Assembly: GCA_964016885.1 (NCBI GenBank)
Contig: OZ024742.1
Coordinates: forward strand, 94,302,001 to 94,366,000
Direction of reading: 5' to 3'
Source: Eledone cirrhosa
Lineage: Eukaryota
Length of the DNA stretch: 64,000 bases
Every line of letters begins with the position of its first letter. The stretch's first letter is position 1. The notes under the pieces were generated by a model, which was not told the DNA's origin, did not search any database, and saw nothing but the letters and a program-made list of their open reading frames with translations. Shown one piece after another: positions 1 to 14,890 of the stretch. Both the position numbers and the translations under genes were made by a program.

Positions 1-835
1 AATTAAGCTTCCTGAGATCCCGCTACATCTCTTGTGTACCCATTGTTTGCATTTGGGGCAGAGAATGGAGTTCCTACCTACACCTTTCCTACATATTGAG
101 CAAGGCCATTTCCCTGAGGGAATCTGGGTTCTGTTTTCTCATCTACTTACAAGGATCTTAGTCTTTGTCAGGTTGACTTTGAGACCCCTTCTTTCTAGTC
201 CCTGCTTCCAAGTTTGGAATTTCTACTCTAGTTCTACCATAGATTCAGCTATAAGTGCGAGGTCATCTGCATACAGGAGTTCCCATGGGCATCCGGTCTT
301 AAACTCCTCCGTTATTGCCTGCAGGACTATGATGAACAGGAGAGGGCTAAGAACAGAGCCCTGGTGGACCCCAACCTGTACGCTAAATTCCTCGCTATAC
401 TCATTGCTAATCCTAACTTTGCTGACTACTCCCCTATACTAGGCTTGTACAGCTTTCCCCAGCCATTCATCTACTCCTAGTTTTCTAAGAGCCCACCAGA
501 TTATAGCACGGGGAACTCTGTCAAAGGCTTTCTCGAGATTGACGAATGCCAGGTAGAGTGGCTTACTTTTAGCTAGGTACTTTTCCTGTAAATGCCTCAC
601 AAGGAAGATGGCATCAGTGGTGCCTCTTCCTTGCGCAAACCCAAATTGCATCTCATCTAGTTTCACCCGGTCCCTAATCAACTGTGCTATAACTCTTTCT
701 GTTACTTTCATGACCTGGTCCATCAGCTTTATACCTCTATAGTTTCCTCTATTTAGTGCATCACCTTTAACTTTGTAGCAGTTGACAATGATGCTGCTGC
801 ACCAATCCTTTAGTATGACACCTTCTAGTATTAAC
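1..835 (-). mobile_element. RTE-clade LINE fragment (reverse transcriptase, decayed)
   Basis: Minus-strand translation gives YKxKGDALNRGNYRGIKL, QFGF, FVNLEKAFDRVPR, then GVHQGSVLSPLLF, PWELLYADDL and WPCSICRKGVG. A stop at ~439 interrupts it and it runs off the window edge. Confidence 0.93.
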
Positions 836-1041
836 CAATCCTTTGGTAAGTACATACATATAATCAATTAATTATTGCTAGAGACCTTATAAAAATTATA
901 CACAAAAATATATGATCGAAGCAAAAAAAATACAACTACAGAACACATCAATTTAACCCTAAGTCATCCATCTGACACACACCACAAGGGTCATCAGGAC
1001 GTTTTGATGCAGACCAACATGCTCGCAGCATTACCACAACG

Positions 1042-1218
1042 TTACAGCCTGTGGCATTCAAGATGCTTGGGGAAGCTGGGGTGCTGACAGCAAAGTTCTT
1101 GCCATCGTTAGTGGCTTGCCTTACCAAGGTGTCATGTGAGGCCTATGAGAGAGCTTAGTTGTTTCAGTGCCTTTGCCTCCTCATCACCTGTGGTAATACT
1201 GTGAGCGTTTTGGCTTAA
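1042..1218 (+). mobile_element. C-terminal remnant of a CRE-clade (restriction-like endonuclease) non-LTR retrotransposon
   Basis: Manual translation LQPVAFKMLGEAG...TKVSCEAYERA*LFQCLCLLITCGNTVSVLA* resembles the CRE C-terminal pattern PxAxETLG...WLFQRLSxxIxRGNAxS. It is not in the ORF track because of the internal stop. Confidence 0.65.
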
Positions 1219-1593
1219 CTCAAACATTTCCAATGACCTTTGTGGTATGTGTGTGACCGGTTAACGTACTTAGTGTTGAATTTATGTTGATATATGTATT
1301 TTTTCCATAAACATATTGAAGAACAATACGGATTCATATGCGGCTTTATTCTGAATAATGCTATGTTAGTGCTTTCACTAATTAACAAAGGAAAGAGAGG
1401 AATGTCAGCACTTCAATTTGTCTGCAACTTCAATATCTTCAAGGTATTTATCCATTGATAAATACCACTAAAGGTTAAAAGTTTAAATAATTGACTTTTT
1501 AATCAACAGCTGAATCATATAACTAAATAAAACACATGCTGATTTCTGTGTTTGTGTCAATGGGTAAATATTCATGTGTGTTGTTATTTGTGT

Positions 1594-1671
<78 letters not shown>

Positions 1672-1770
1672 GTGTGTGTGTGTTGTCATTCCTGTTAATG
1701 TGTTTGTGTCTCTCTCTCTATAAATATACTTGTGTGTGTTGTCATTTCTATCGATGCATATGTGTTTCTA

Positions 1771-1805
<35 letters not shown>

Positions 1806-4804
1806 GTGTGTGTGTGAGAAAGAGAGAGAGAGAGAGAGTTTTGTAACTTTCTTTGCTTGCTACTCCAAAGTTTCACCAGCAGAGAACAACAGCTGGTCTC
1901 TAACAAAAGAACAAAATTCTTTGACACCAATCAGTTTGGTTGAGTCATACAAAATATTTATTGGCAGTTTCTGGCTGTCTTAACTCTTAAACTAATGAGC
2001 TGGAATTTTTTAAAGAATTTCTACACATATATAATATTTTTTGATTTGTTCTGTTCACTTTATTAAGCCTGTAACTCACAACCTCTACCCACCACCCTGT
2101 CAACTCCCTTCAATCATCTTGCTTGATACTTGCTTTTTTAGTCAAACACATCAATATTTAAAGGAAAATAAATGTAAACAGATTCTGAAAAAAAAAAAAA
2201 ATCTCACACCAGCAAAGATTATATGGGGATATTCTTGATTTCTGATAATTGTTTATATTGTTGGGGGAAGAGAAACATGGTTACTGCCAAAGTTACATTT
2301 GGTGAGGCCTCAAAGCTATATAAAACTTGTAGAAATCATGTTAAAATATTACACCAGAAGGTTTCACCAAAAATAGAAATATATATGTTTTTCAGTTATA
2401 ATTTGAAGCCACTGAATTGTAAAACCCTAAGCTAAGGCTTGTGGAGATTAAGCTTAAATTCGACACTCAATTCAATAGCTAGATGCTTGTCCCTTCATCT
2501 AAAAAATGCTTTTTAAATTTGTTCATACCAAATGGCCTAAATCCGGTTGTATGATACATAAGTGATTATTTTAAAGTGTTTACATTCATCTAAAAACCTT
2601 TGATCATAATTTTATGTACTTTTGTTATATTTCAAACACTGGATAAACAAAACGAAAGTTTTTATAGTACTACATCCCTCAAATTTCTTGATTATTTTCA
2701 AAATGATAAAAAAATCATAGACAGTGTTTTTCATTATGGCAATGAAAAGGTTAAAATCTTTTGAAACAAAACTCACTAAAACTGGTTCTATGATACATAA
2801 CCACTTATTTTAAAGTGTTTATATTTATCTAAATTCCTTGGATCATGTATTTATGTTAGAACCTTTGTTAATTTATGTTCTCAACATCAGCTTCATAATG
2901 AAAAATTAATTATTTATAGAAACATAAAAAAATATATTGAAACTGAAGTGAAAACCAAACCAAACAGTGAGTGTGTTTTACTATTTTTTGCAATATTAGG
3001 ACAACATGACCCTCCTCAAATATAACAACATTTGTTTCAACACACTGTTTCACATCAAAAGCCTTGCAAAACAAACACATTAACAAAAAATTTGTTATTT
3101 TACAAAATCCTTCACAATCCATGGGTATATTTTTTAATTATTTGAAAATCATAAGATAATGATAATCTAAATATTTCTATCCCTCCCACTTATCTCTCTC
3201 ACAAACGAAGGAATGGCCTCCCCACTAATTATCAAATTTCTTTTCTCCCAAAGTCATAGAAAATTAACCAGCCTTATGAAGATATCAATATTATATTTTA
3301 TTTACTTATTTCACATGCTGTGTTTTATCTCTGTGTTTAAAACCTCCAACTAGCTGAATCGTTAAAGAGCTGATAATAAAATTTATGAAGCTTTAAATAT
3401 TGGTAATTGTCACAGGAACATCTGCATTATGTCCATTGCAGTAAAATCAGAACATTTTCTCCGTGCTTTGTGTTAAAATTACTTTGAGATCAACTTCACA
3501 TGCTGGGCTTGATAAAATAAATAAAATAGTAGTCCAGGGTAGTAGATGGGTGCAGATGTTAGAATGTCACCTGATACCCCTTGCAGTATTTCTTCTTTTT
3601 TACATCCTCAGTTCAAAGCCTACTGTGGTCATGGGTTTTAACACCACTAATTGGTCCTTGTGTGCCTTTAGCAAAGTCTACTCTGTTGCAAAAAATTACA
3701 CCAGGTGTACAATTTGATGATAACTTCCTCCAACCTACCAGTCACAGATGCCCTGACAATGGTTATGAGTGAGGTCCTTTTCTTCCTTGATTGAACAAAC
3801 ATTTCAAGCAATTGATCTCATTAGAGTTACTTTTCTTTCCTGTTGCTTCTAAATTTTTAAGGCCCTTGGATAGAGTTTTTGTTAATTAATTGCATGATTT
3901 TAGTTAATCAAAGTTTTTCAACTTACTATATTACATATATAAACATGCTAACACATTTCATTTAGTATGCAATCATATTATTTAATGGAGAAAGAGCCAC
4001 TGCTTCAATCCATGCACAGGGACAAATTAGCATTACATTAAGAAAAAAAAAAGCTAGAAAACTCTAAGTAAATGAAATAGGAGAGAAGAAAAACACTACC
4101 TAGAAAGCTATGTGACAACAATTGCTGTTTAGCTCCAAGTTAAATTTGATGAAACACAACTATGATCAAATGCATTCCAGCCATAATTAACTTGTTTTTT
4201 AAGGGTTTATAGAATTGTTATGTTAATGTATTTTTAACTTACTTAGAATATATTACATGTAGAAGATCACGCCACCTAGCTTTGACTTTGGAGGCAGTCG
4301 ATTAACTGCCCTTAGTTCTGACGTCAGTAGCTGAATACATGCTTTTCAACTTTGTGTGTTGATGTGAGCAGACGCGTTTCACTGTGGCAAAACAGCAATA
4401 TTGCACCATGCGGTCACGGGATATTTGAACACCGCCACTTAATGATAATTACGAATTACCAATCATGGAGCAACTGATATGATAACCTGTTTTGTTTATT
4501 GCTCTGATTAAAATGCTCATGTACATATAATCTCGAGGTATGTTCTTTTTGTTTAATCGTTTACCTTCACCTAACAACAAATAGAAGAGATGTTCTACGA
4601 GCCAAGCTAGGGAAACGAACTCCCCCTCTAAATCGTAAAACAATGCAGCCTTCTAAAATTGGTGACCATCTGTCCTAAAAACATCCTACAATTGATTACA
4701 GAACCAATTAATCCATATTTTTCTTTCACGTTTAAAACATACATCATTACATATATAGAAAGGCAAACTAGTCACCTAACTACAGAGATAGCTTAACTAA
4801 CTAA

Positions 4805-5290
4805 CATAGCTCCATAACTAAGAAATTTGTGAAAATATAGCTTTAAGAATTTTGAACATCTTGGCTAATGAGCAAATCTTTAATGTTCAACCACCTTACT
4901 ATAATGAGGCCCTTAGATACTGGGTATTGCCAGCAACATCATATACGCACCATCAAATAAGACAAGACTAGCTATGAGAAATAATTGTGTAAAGATGACA
5001 TAATACACCACATAAAGTGCAGCTACTTCAAAAACTAAGATACTCTTCTAAGTAAACTTAATATACACTTCCTTATCCAATACAGGTACCATATGATCTT
5101 CAATCATAATGCATTAAAACTCTTTTTGTTCTACTACAAATAACCTGAGACAAATCAATCTAGTTAAACTTAGTATGAATCAAAATAGAAAACATACTGC
5201 CAGGATTAAATCTTCTAAATATGACTGCACCCAATGTATTTTCTGCCCATTAAACTCCCATTGCTTGCATTGGGAAATGTAGTTTAATAA
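4805..5290 (+). mobile_element. Highly degraded Naiad-like Penelope element fragment (thumb/linker)
   Basis: Broken frames read SITKKFVK..IALRILNILANEQIFN..PYYNEAL, YHMIFNHNALKL and CPLNSHCL, collinear with SITKNLVRNVSLRLSRLSSNEHIFN..YYNEAL, IFNRNTIK and CPLSGKC of the element at 26-28 kb. Confidence 0.6.
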
Positions 5291-5367
5291 GAGCAAAATA
5301 TGCAATGGCACTATTGGGTTTGGAGGAAACCAAACCCCCAACTGACCACAATCATATATAACTAAGA

Positions 5368-5670
5368 ATCTTTCTTATTCTAACACCTTCAGATGTATTC
5401 TTTGAGAAGGAAATGGAACTTGTCTTGTAATGGTCTTTAATTAGTTCAATGAAAATATATCGACATATATGTATGTGTGTATAACATACATATATATATA
5501 CACATTCACATAATTCTAATTTTTCTGTTTGTAATGAAGAGAACCGCAAAGTAGTCTGTACATGAAATGCAGTAGATATATTTTCATTGAACCAATTAAA
5601 CTCTCTTACAAGACTAGTTCTGTCTCTTTCTCAAATAATTCATCTGAAGGTGTTAGAATAATAAAGTTCT
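5368..5670. repeat. Imperfect inverted repeat (arms ~5368-5461 and ~5576-5670)
   Basis: ttattctaacaccttcagatg...gttcaatgaaaatatatc is mirrored by gatatattttcattgaac...catctgaaggtgttagaataa. Confidence 0.8.
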
Positions 5671-6416
5671 CTGCCTGTTACTAGAAACATGTAGCCCAGG
5701 ACATTGTTTCATGGTTGGCTGGTCGGCAAATAAACCAGTTCTTCCACCAGACCGTGGTCTGGCAAGGAGGGTAAGTGGAAACCCAGCAGCTTAAAAACAA
5801 GAGCTGTCAAAGCGTGATGAATTCCACAGAGTTAATAGCCTACCACCTCAACTATGGGTTAAATAACCTCACTAACCTGAAATTGTCCAAGCATGGTGAG
5901 TAGGACAACACCCCCTGGAGAGGTTAAGCTCCATGACAATAACACATACAATCCTCACAACTGTCCTTTTAATTTGACTTGGCTTGTCACTGTACACACA
6001 ACTGCATGGTAGAGTGGGTGTTATGTGTGTAGCACAAGCACGCAGCATTGCCATCTTTATGTGTAGATATGTGTAGAAAGTTCCAAAGCAATTGAGGAGT
6101 GGCAACATGTGCAGACTCGACCAAGTAGAAGCACATAGTCACAAATCTACATGTGGGCAACTCAAATCATATCCTACTGTTGCTGCACTGTTAAGCTGAA
6201 CAGCAACATGCTTTGGCAGAGTCTTGAGCATCTGTGCAGCACTTTTTGGAAATGAACTGCTTACCCATTCCACATAGGAAGGGTTTAGAAAAGGTGACCT
6301 AAAACAAGCATGTTCAGTGATCAAACTGGCCAGCAACCTGCAGTTGGTGGTGGTTCATAATAGCAGGGAATTCGTTGAAGAGATGGCTATCTTCTGTAAA
6401 GGAGTGGTAGCTTTCC

Positions 6417-6447
<31 letters not shown>

Positions 6448-6637
6448 TATGTATGTATAAAGAGATGGTGGATGCTATATTTGTCAATTTATGACAAAAA
6501 AAACCGAATGTACACACATCCAATTATGAAAATATGTGTATTTATTTTTCTTTATTATAAAACTGCAATTACAGACTTGTATAAAGGCAGTGAGATACAA
6601 TCATGCCCACATATAGATACATACATACATACATACA

Positions 6638-6669
<32 letters not shown>

Positions 6670-6779
6670 CACACACAAACACTAGTGAGAGAAAATTTGG
6701 AAAGAAACAAATTTTAGAAATTTTCAATCATTTTTAACATAATTTGGCACAATTTTTGAAAATATTCCACCATGACACA

Positions 6780-7150
<371 letters not shown>

Positions 7151-7729
7151 GTGGGGTGGGGTTTTATAGCTTAAATTACGTAGTAAACATTTTTAAATAT
7201 ATAACCAATTTTGGTAATATGTTTTGAGAAAAAATATTGTGTATAATACTTCTGCATAATTGTTTGTTTGTATAAAGACATCTAATAATTTGTTCATATA
7301 AATATATATCCAATTTAAAGATATTTAATTAGGAATGATTTAAAAACTATATACAGTAAATGTTTTAAAAATGAATGAAGCTATTTCTTCCTCTTTGCCT
7401 TTCTTCTCAATCTGAATGACCTTCACTACACCTACAAGCCTGCTCTGTGCAAGTGGTTGAGCATTCCACAAGCATATGCTCTCTTAAGTACTGAAGTGAA
7501 GACAGTGAGATATCAGATGTGAATTCTACACCTTAACCAAAGCTTTTTCTTAAATAGATACATATATATCAAACTGTTCAAGAAAATCCCAGATATTAAC
7601 TGAACTCAGTCAATAATATGATACATTATTGATAGAAGATATATTCTATTTGTCTACAGATTAACTACTGTGTGTCACCCACTTCAACACAGCGGACATC
7701 AAATGAATAACACAAATTGTTCAAGAACA

Positions 7730-7940
7730 CAATATCACACGTAATTCTCAGGAAGATTCAGCAAGATGCAGGATGTGACAATGATGGCCATTTGAAATAG
7801 AGATACAATTCATTTTTGCCAGCTGAATGAACTGGCACAATGTGAAATAGAGTTTCTTACAAAAGGACACAGCATATTGTAAGGAATTGAAATCATAATC
7901 TTACAATTATGAGTTGAGTACCCTAACAACTAAGCCATGT
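7730..7940 (-). mobile_element. Degraded tRNA-derived CORE-type SINE
   Basis: Minus strand reads tggcttagttgttaggg (A-box-like)...ttcaattcc (B-box-like)...gtgtccttt...tatttcacattgtgccagttcattcagctggcaaaaatg. Related fragments lie at ~53780-53860 and ~63890-63990. Confidence 0.55.
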
Positions 7941-8355
7941 ACTTTCACGTATACTATACACCATACATAAACCTGATATTTCACTACAAATTATCTTTTG
8001 GAGTAACAGTGCTCAAAATAGCAGTCAAATTCACACATGACCATCTTACATGGGGCTAAACAACAATATAAAAAATTTACAGTCAATAGAAAAAAATGCA
8101 TCTTGGTATTTGCTCCAAATTTTTGTGCTCTGAATTCAATATATATATATATTTTTATACTTGTTTTTCTTTAATCCATTAATTTACACATACATAAACA
8201 TATATTTATAAAGATTCTTGTACACATACATACATTAATACATGCACGCATGCATACATATTTACACTACATGCACATATTTACATCAATCCATCCATAC
8301 ATACATACGTGCACACTTACATACATAAATACATATATGCATGCATACATATGTA

Positions 8356-8389
<34 letters not shown>

Positions 8390-8566
8390 CAAACAGATAT
8401 ATATATACATAAATGCATACGTACATGTAAATACTACTAAAAACCTGAAACATGTTTAAAGGATAGTCCTTATCTGTGATTTAAGCTGATAAGAAATAAA
8501 ATCCTATACATGTACTCTCTGATGTTCCATTCATATACCAAATAAACTTATTTTACGAAAATGTTT

Positions 8567-11500
8567 ATATGAGGTTGTAGAGATGCTTGAACGTAAAGAA
8601 GTTGATGTTTGTTGTATTCAAGAGACTAGGTAGAGAGGGGATACTGCCAGATTCATCGTGGGTAAAAATCGATGCTATAAACTTTTCTGGGTGGGAAATG
8701 ACAACGGACAGGGTGGTGTAGGAATAATGTTAGCTGAAAAATGGGTAGATAAGGTAATTGACGTAAATAGAGTGAATGACGGAATAATTAAATTAAGACT
8801 AGTTCTAAATAGAACTTCTGTGACAATAATATCCACTTATGCACCCCAATCTGGTCAACCTGACGTTATTAAGGACAGGTTCTATGAGATGCTAATGCAC
8901 ACTACCTCCCAAATATCCGACAGTGACTACTTAATTATTGCTGGCGATCTAAACAGTCACGTTGGACAACATAGTGATGGCTATAATGGAATCCATGGAG
9001 GCTATGGGGTTGGAAATAGAAATGAGGAGGGCTTCAGAATCCTGGAATTCTATGACACAAATAGCCTAACTATCTGTAACACAAACTTCAAAAAACGTGA
9101 AAAACCACTTGATCACCTATAGATCAGGGGAACACGCCAGCCAGATAGATTATATCCTTACTAGAAGACGGGAGAAAGTGTCTGTTGTAAACACTAAATC
9201 TCTCCCCCGTGAAGAATGCACCTCCCAACATAGCCTAGTAGTTAGTGACCTCATAGTCAGGAATAGACATACTCGACGACAGAGGAGGCCTACCTTGAGG
9301 AGAAGAATAGGGAAGTTGAAGGACCCCATAGCCAGTGACAAATTTAAAAGCTTATTACTTGATGCCTTTGACAATAAAGAAGAGCAATTAGAGACGTGTG
9401 ATATAGAGGAACAGTGGCAATTCTTGAAAGTGAACCTGCTGAAAGCAACGAATGAAATCTGTGGCTGGAGTAGACCTATTGGCAGGAGGAGAGTAATTTG
9501 GTGGTGGAACAGTAAGGTGGAAGAGACAATCAAGGCCAAAAAGCAGACTTGGAAAGTATGGCAGGATGGGGGAAGTAGAGAGCACTATCGAGTGGCCAGG
9601 AAAGAAGCTAGGAGACAAGTGTACCTTGCAAAAATGGTAGCAGAGGATAGAAAGTTCAAGCATATTCTACAACGTGAGGACCAAAAATGTTAGGTGTTCA
9701 AGATTGCTAGACAATGTGTCAAAGAAAACTGGGATATTGTCGGGGAGAAGTGTGTCCGTAATGATAATGGTGTACTTGCCCTCACTGATACTGATAAAAA
9801 GATAGCCTGGAAGTGTCACTACGAGAGACTATTAAATGAGGAGAATAAATGGGAAAAAGGTAGTCTGCCCCAAATCAATCCAATAGAAGGACCAGCGGTG
9901 CAAGTTAAAGGTAGTATAATAAGTAAGGCAATCAAAGATATGAAGGCAGCTGGGCCTTCGGGGATAGTTGCTGAGATGGTGAAGGCATCTGGTATGGTGG
10001 GAAATACTATGGTCATCCGTATAGTTAACCAAGTAATACAGAATGGGGTCATACCGAAAGACTGGCATAGCAGCATCATCATTAACTGCTACAAGGGTAA
10101 AGGGGATGCTCTAGATAGGGGATACTATTGAGGCATTACGTTAGTTGACCAGGTCATGAAGGTCACCGAAAGAGTTATAGCACAACTAATCACAGAGCGA
10201 ATTGATCTAGATGAAATGCAGTTTGGGTTTGTGTCAGGTAAAAGTACCCCAGACACTCTTTTCCTTGTACGACAACAAGAGAAGTACTTAGCTAAAAGTA
10301 AACCCCTCTACTTAGCTTTTGTAGACCTGGAGAAAGCCTTTGACAGAGTCCCCCGCTCCATTATCTGGTGGGCTCTTAGAAAACTAGGTGTAGATGAATG
10401 GCTTGTGAGAGCTATACAAGCTATGTATAATTAAACAGTCAGTAAGGTTAGAATTAACAATGAATATTGTGAAGAATTTAGTGTAAAAGTTGGCGTTCAT
10501 CAAGGCTCTATCCTTAGCCCCTTCCTATTTATAACAGAGAAGTTCAAGACCGGCTGCCCAGGGCAACTCCTATACGCAGATGATCTAACGCTCATAGCTG
10601 AATCAAAGGCTGAACTAGAGAAGAAATTCCAAACATGGAAGCATGGCCTAGAATCAAAAGGCCTTAAAGTTAACTTGTCTAAGACTAAAGTTCTAGTTTG
10701 TAGAAAGGAAAATAGGGCACAGGTGCCCTCAGGGAAATGGCCATGCTCAGTGTGTAGGAAAGGAGTAGGCAGAAATTCCATTTTATGTCCCAAATGCAAA
10801 GTATGTAGTGGGATCACAGGTAAACTATCTAAGAACGTAGACTTTATATGTGGCCAATGCTCAGGTGCAATAAGTAGCAAGTGTCCACAGGATACTAGCT
10901 CCTTCTATTGCCCAGATGGTTCAATAGAAATAGTAGACACTTCCGTTACCAGTGGTGGAGTGTGTTCTGAAAGTACAGTAGCCAGATTCAGAACGGGATG
11001 GAAAAAGTTCAGAGAGCTTATATTGCTGTTGGACACAAACGTTTTCTCTCTAAAGATGAAAGGCAGATTGTATGATGCCTGTATACGAACAGCAATGCTA
11101 CATGGCAATGAAACATGGGCATTACATGCAGAGGAACTGCACAGACTGGAAAGGAACAAAGCATGCATGCTCCATTGGATGTGTAATAGTAATATGCGTT
11201 AACGGCAAAGCATAAATGAACTAAATGAGAAATTAGGAATAAGAGGGGTCAGATGCTGTTTACTTGAGAGAAGACTACGTTGGTATGGTCACGTGATGCA
11301 CATGAAAGACGACAGCTGCATAAAAAGGTGCAGGGCGATCAAAATTGATGGTAGTTATGGAGTAGATAGACCCAGAAAAACCTGGGACGATCTGATAAAT
11401 TCCGACCTTACACACTTGCACCTCTTTAAGACAATGTCACTGAACCGAGATCTTTGGCACTACGCAGTAATACAGAAGACCCGCTTTGCCTATGTACAAA

Positions 11501-11800
11501 GCGTACCTACAGTCATTAGGCACCTCTTAACCAAATATACACCCCAATCCACTACCTATACCCTATCCTCCCACTCCCACCAACACCACCTTCTCTCTGT
11601 AAAGTTAGTACCACAACAGTTCCACACTGTAAATGTGGTTGGTGTTAGGACGGGCATTCAGCCGTAGAAAACCTACCAGATAGTCCTATATGAGCGCGAC
11701 ATGGTCACCTGACCAACCTTGCCTCAAGTGGGACAACTCCCAATCTAGCCCATGCTAGCGTGGAAGATGGACGTTAAACGATGATATAATGATGATGATG
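8567..11800 (+). mobile_element. Near full-length RTE-clade LINE (APE endonuclease + RT), multiply inactivated
   Basis: APE motifs DVCCIQETR, GGVGIML, YAPQ, IAGDLNSHVG, SQIDYIL and SQHSLVV; RT motifs QFGF, DLEKAFD, HQGS and YADDL; 3' end ggacgttaaacgatgat...gatgatgatg. Many stops and frameshifts split it into seven ORFs. Confidence 0.95.
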
Positions 11801-11905
11801 TTCATGTAGATATAGAAACATGCATAATTACTTGTCTATCTACACACTAACATGTATACATACACAGACACATATATAGTTATATACTAATGATATTACA
11901 CAACA

Positions 11906-12086
11906 TTGGCAGTATCGGTAGAGGGTCGGACGCCATGCTTTGACGTATAGAGTTATGGCCCTTGCTATTCTGAGTTCAAATCCCGCTGAGGTTAACTTTG
12001 CATTTCATCCTTATGGGGTTAATAAAATAAAGTATCAGTAATGCACTGGGTAATTGCTGGCCTTGTGCCAAAAGTAGAAACAATTA
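11906..12086 (+). mobile_element. tRNA-derived SINE (abundant family in this window)
   Basis: tggcagtatcggtagag (A box), gagttcaaatcc (B box), central actttgcatttcatccttatgggg..ataaaataaagta domain and gctggccttgtgccaaaagtagaaac 3' end. Confidence 0.88.
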
Positions 12087-12388
12087 TTTGGGTTACCTGT
12101 GTGTTTCACATGGAAATAATACATTTAAAAAATTAGATATACACCATGGCAGAAAACACATTTCCTTAGTCCTACCACACACACATATATATATATATGC
12201 ATCATCATCGTCATTATCATTCAATGTCCGCTTTACCTGCTAACAAGGTTTCAACGGTTCAACAAAAACCAACCACTCCATTCTGTAAAGTGATCATGTT
12301 GGTGACATGACAAAAAGCACCCACTCCATTCTGTAGAGTATTCATGTTGGTGACATGACAAACAGCACCTGGTCCACCTTGTATTACT

Positions 12389-12632
12389 GCTAAGTAGTCT
12401 ATTGTAAAGTTATATTGAGCAACATAATAGATTTAGTGTTATAAATTCTTTTAAAAATATATATTTGTTCATTTTATCTACATGAAATCTTCATTATTAT
12501 TGAGTGTAAAAACACTTTTGCAGACAGTAGTAATATCATGTAGACAAAATGAACAAATATATATTTTTAAAAGAATTTGTAACTCTAAAACTATTATGTT
12601 GCTCAATATAACTTTATAATAGACTGCTTAGC
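12389..12632. repeat. Fold-back inverted repeat (~100-bp arms, ~45-bp spacer)
   Basis: gctaagtagtctattgtaaagttatattgagcaacataatag...ctacatga is mirrored by tcatgtag...ctattatgttgctcaatataactttataatagactgcttagc. Confidence 0.88.
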
Positions 12633-12762
12633 ACTATGGAATTTCAATATGAATATATAAATATATTTATATTTACTACTTTCAATATGTTTCCTGCCGA
12701 CTGTCTTTTAGTGCTTGTTCATTTATATAGATGATAATTAAATTATGCACACATGTGCATGC

Positions 12763-12797
<35 letters not shown>

Positions 12798-14815
12798 TGT
12801 ATGTATGTATGTATGTATGTATGTATGTATGTCAAAGGGCAAAGGAGCTCTTAAGAGTCAATGGCCATCCAAAAAAATCACCAGGAGAGATGACCCCTTA
12901 GCCTTTGTCAAGGCAGAATTCTAGGAGAAGGAAAACTCTGATATAACACCTGCAACCCTGATGGTTTCCAATGATGTTGACTTGTTCTTCTTTTTGGTAA
13001 ATATCATCTTGGTTAAGAGAGTGGGACTGGCTTTGTGCAGTGCCTTTGCTCACTATAAAAGCTTCACAGCACAGGCATTGCTTTATATCTGGAGATCTCT
13101 CTGCACTTGTCGTCACATGGTACCATGGGCCCAGCACTATGTGTCAATAATTGTCACAAGTGTAGTGTTTGTACCAGAGTTTTCAAGTCGCTGGCTGGAC
13201 TAAAAAGTCACACTTATTCAGCGCATCGGTAGGGGTTCTCCTACATGGATATAAAGTAGTGGCCGTACTCGAAAACGAGTTGGCAGCCACCATGTATGTA
13301 TGTATGTATGTATGTATGTATGTATGTATGTATGTATGTATGTATGTATGTATGTGTGTATGTATGTAGTACAGTATAGTATAGTATAATAATTTGGTTG
13401 AAAGTGACTTCGAATTTTCACTTGTTATTGCCATTGTCATATGAAATCAACAACATAGCTCTACATTGGTACTTCATTTATCGACCTTCTAAGAATGAAA
13501 GGCAGAACAGACTTCTGCATGATTTGAACTGAATGGGCTGATGCAAAAAATAAAAAAAATAACACGACACATTTAATGCAATGCTCTAACTACTCAGCCA
13601 AGTTGCCAACAGAAGGAATGTAGTTTGTTTCCAGGGCAGGTGAAATGTTTATTCCTTTTTGTTTATTTCTTTAGTGGCAAAGTATTTTCAGTTTTCTATA
13701 GTGCATAAATTGCATTTGCTGCATCATTCATTGTATTGTATTGCTTTTACTGCAACTTTCCTTTTAATGAATGGGTTTCTAATGTGGCAATCCTTCAGTC
13801 TCCAGAGCAATTATCACAATGCAGTAGAATTACATATTTTCCTCTGTTCCTGACCAAGTTGATTTGCTCTTTGTATTGAGCCTTACTAGTATTTCCAGAG
13901 AGGTTGATATACATTTTAGATGTTCTGTCAACATAAGAAATATGGGCTCTGTACACCAGCCCCTTCTTGAGACCTCTGTCCATGATGTAGTTTGTAGTAT
14001 GTATGTAGTTACAAAGAGTTCATTGTTTCTAACTCCCCTAAGCATTTCTGATCCAATATTTTCTATACAGCTATAGCTAACTTTCACTGACTTTCTATTA
14101 AGTTAGGTGCATAGCAGTAGATGTCATCTGCCAGTTCTAGAGTTTGCTATCTTCATATTTTTTCACTGAAGCCATAACTCTCTAGAACATTATTATAATA
14201 TGAGGTAGTTTTGTTGGATAATCATATCTAAGGATAGGCTGGAGATATAATTGTTTCTACTTTAGGCACAAGGCCAGCAATTACCCAGTGCATTACTGGA
14301 GATATAATGACTGACATTACTAGTAATAATAGTTGAAAATGGGTCAACTGGAGTCTTTGTTGATGTGGGTGATTTTTACCTGCTAAATCATATCTTTTGG
14401 CTCACAGTTAAACCTTCAGACAGAAAACATATGTTGACAGATCCATTTAGTCAAAAGAAAACTCATGATACTCAATTCACTCTACAAAAGGGTAGTGCTG
14501 GTGCTACAATAAAATGCACCTGTAAGGTGGTTGGCATTACGAAATCCATCCAGTCGTAGAAACTTTGCCAAATATGAAATGCATAACCTAGATATGGTTT
14601 TCCAATCAGTGTAACCAGAGATTGTGATGATCTGTCCAACATAGAATATTTTTGGCATATATAAGTTGCTGAGAATGTGAATATAAACACAAGATAAAGA
14701 TGATTATATATATATATATATATATATCGATGACGATATATATATATAAAATATTTATACTCTGCTTTGTATTGAGTACCTTACTTACTGTGGTTACTCC
14801 CAATTGAACCCAGGT

Positions 14816-14890
<75 letters not shown>

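Noticed and set aside
32-442. Antisense ORFs over LINE/PLE coding regions (e.g. 32-442, 9150-9539, 26656-27027, 52588-53136)
   Set aside because: They are shadow frames of retroelement ORFs with no independent motifs.
4360-4430. Hammerhead half-motif GAAACGCGTC on the minus strand
   Set aside because: No upstream CUGAnGA box or stem I pairing could be found.
11906-11990. tRNA genes suggested by A/B boxes
   Set aside because: The boxes continue into the SINE core in every copy and no cloverleaf is evident.
13700-14190. Possible LINE RT remnant on the minus strand (LADDI-like)
   Set aside because: Too degraded to assign a family or boundaries with confidence.
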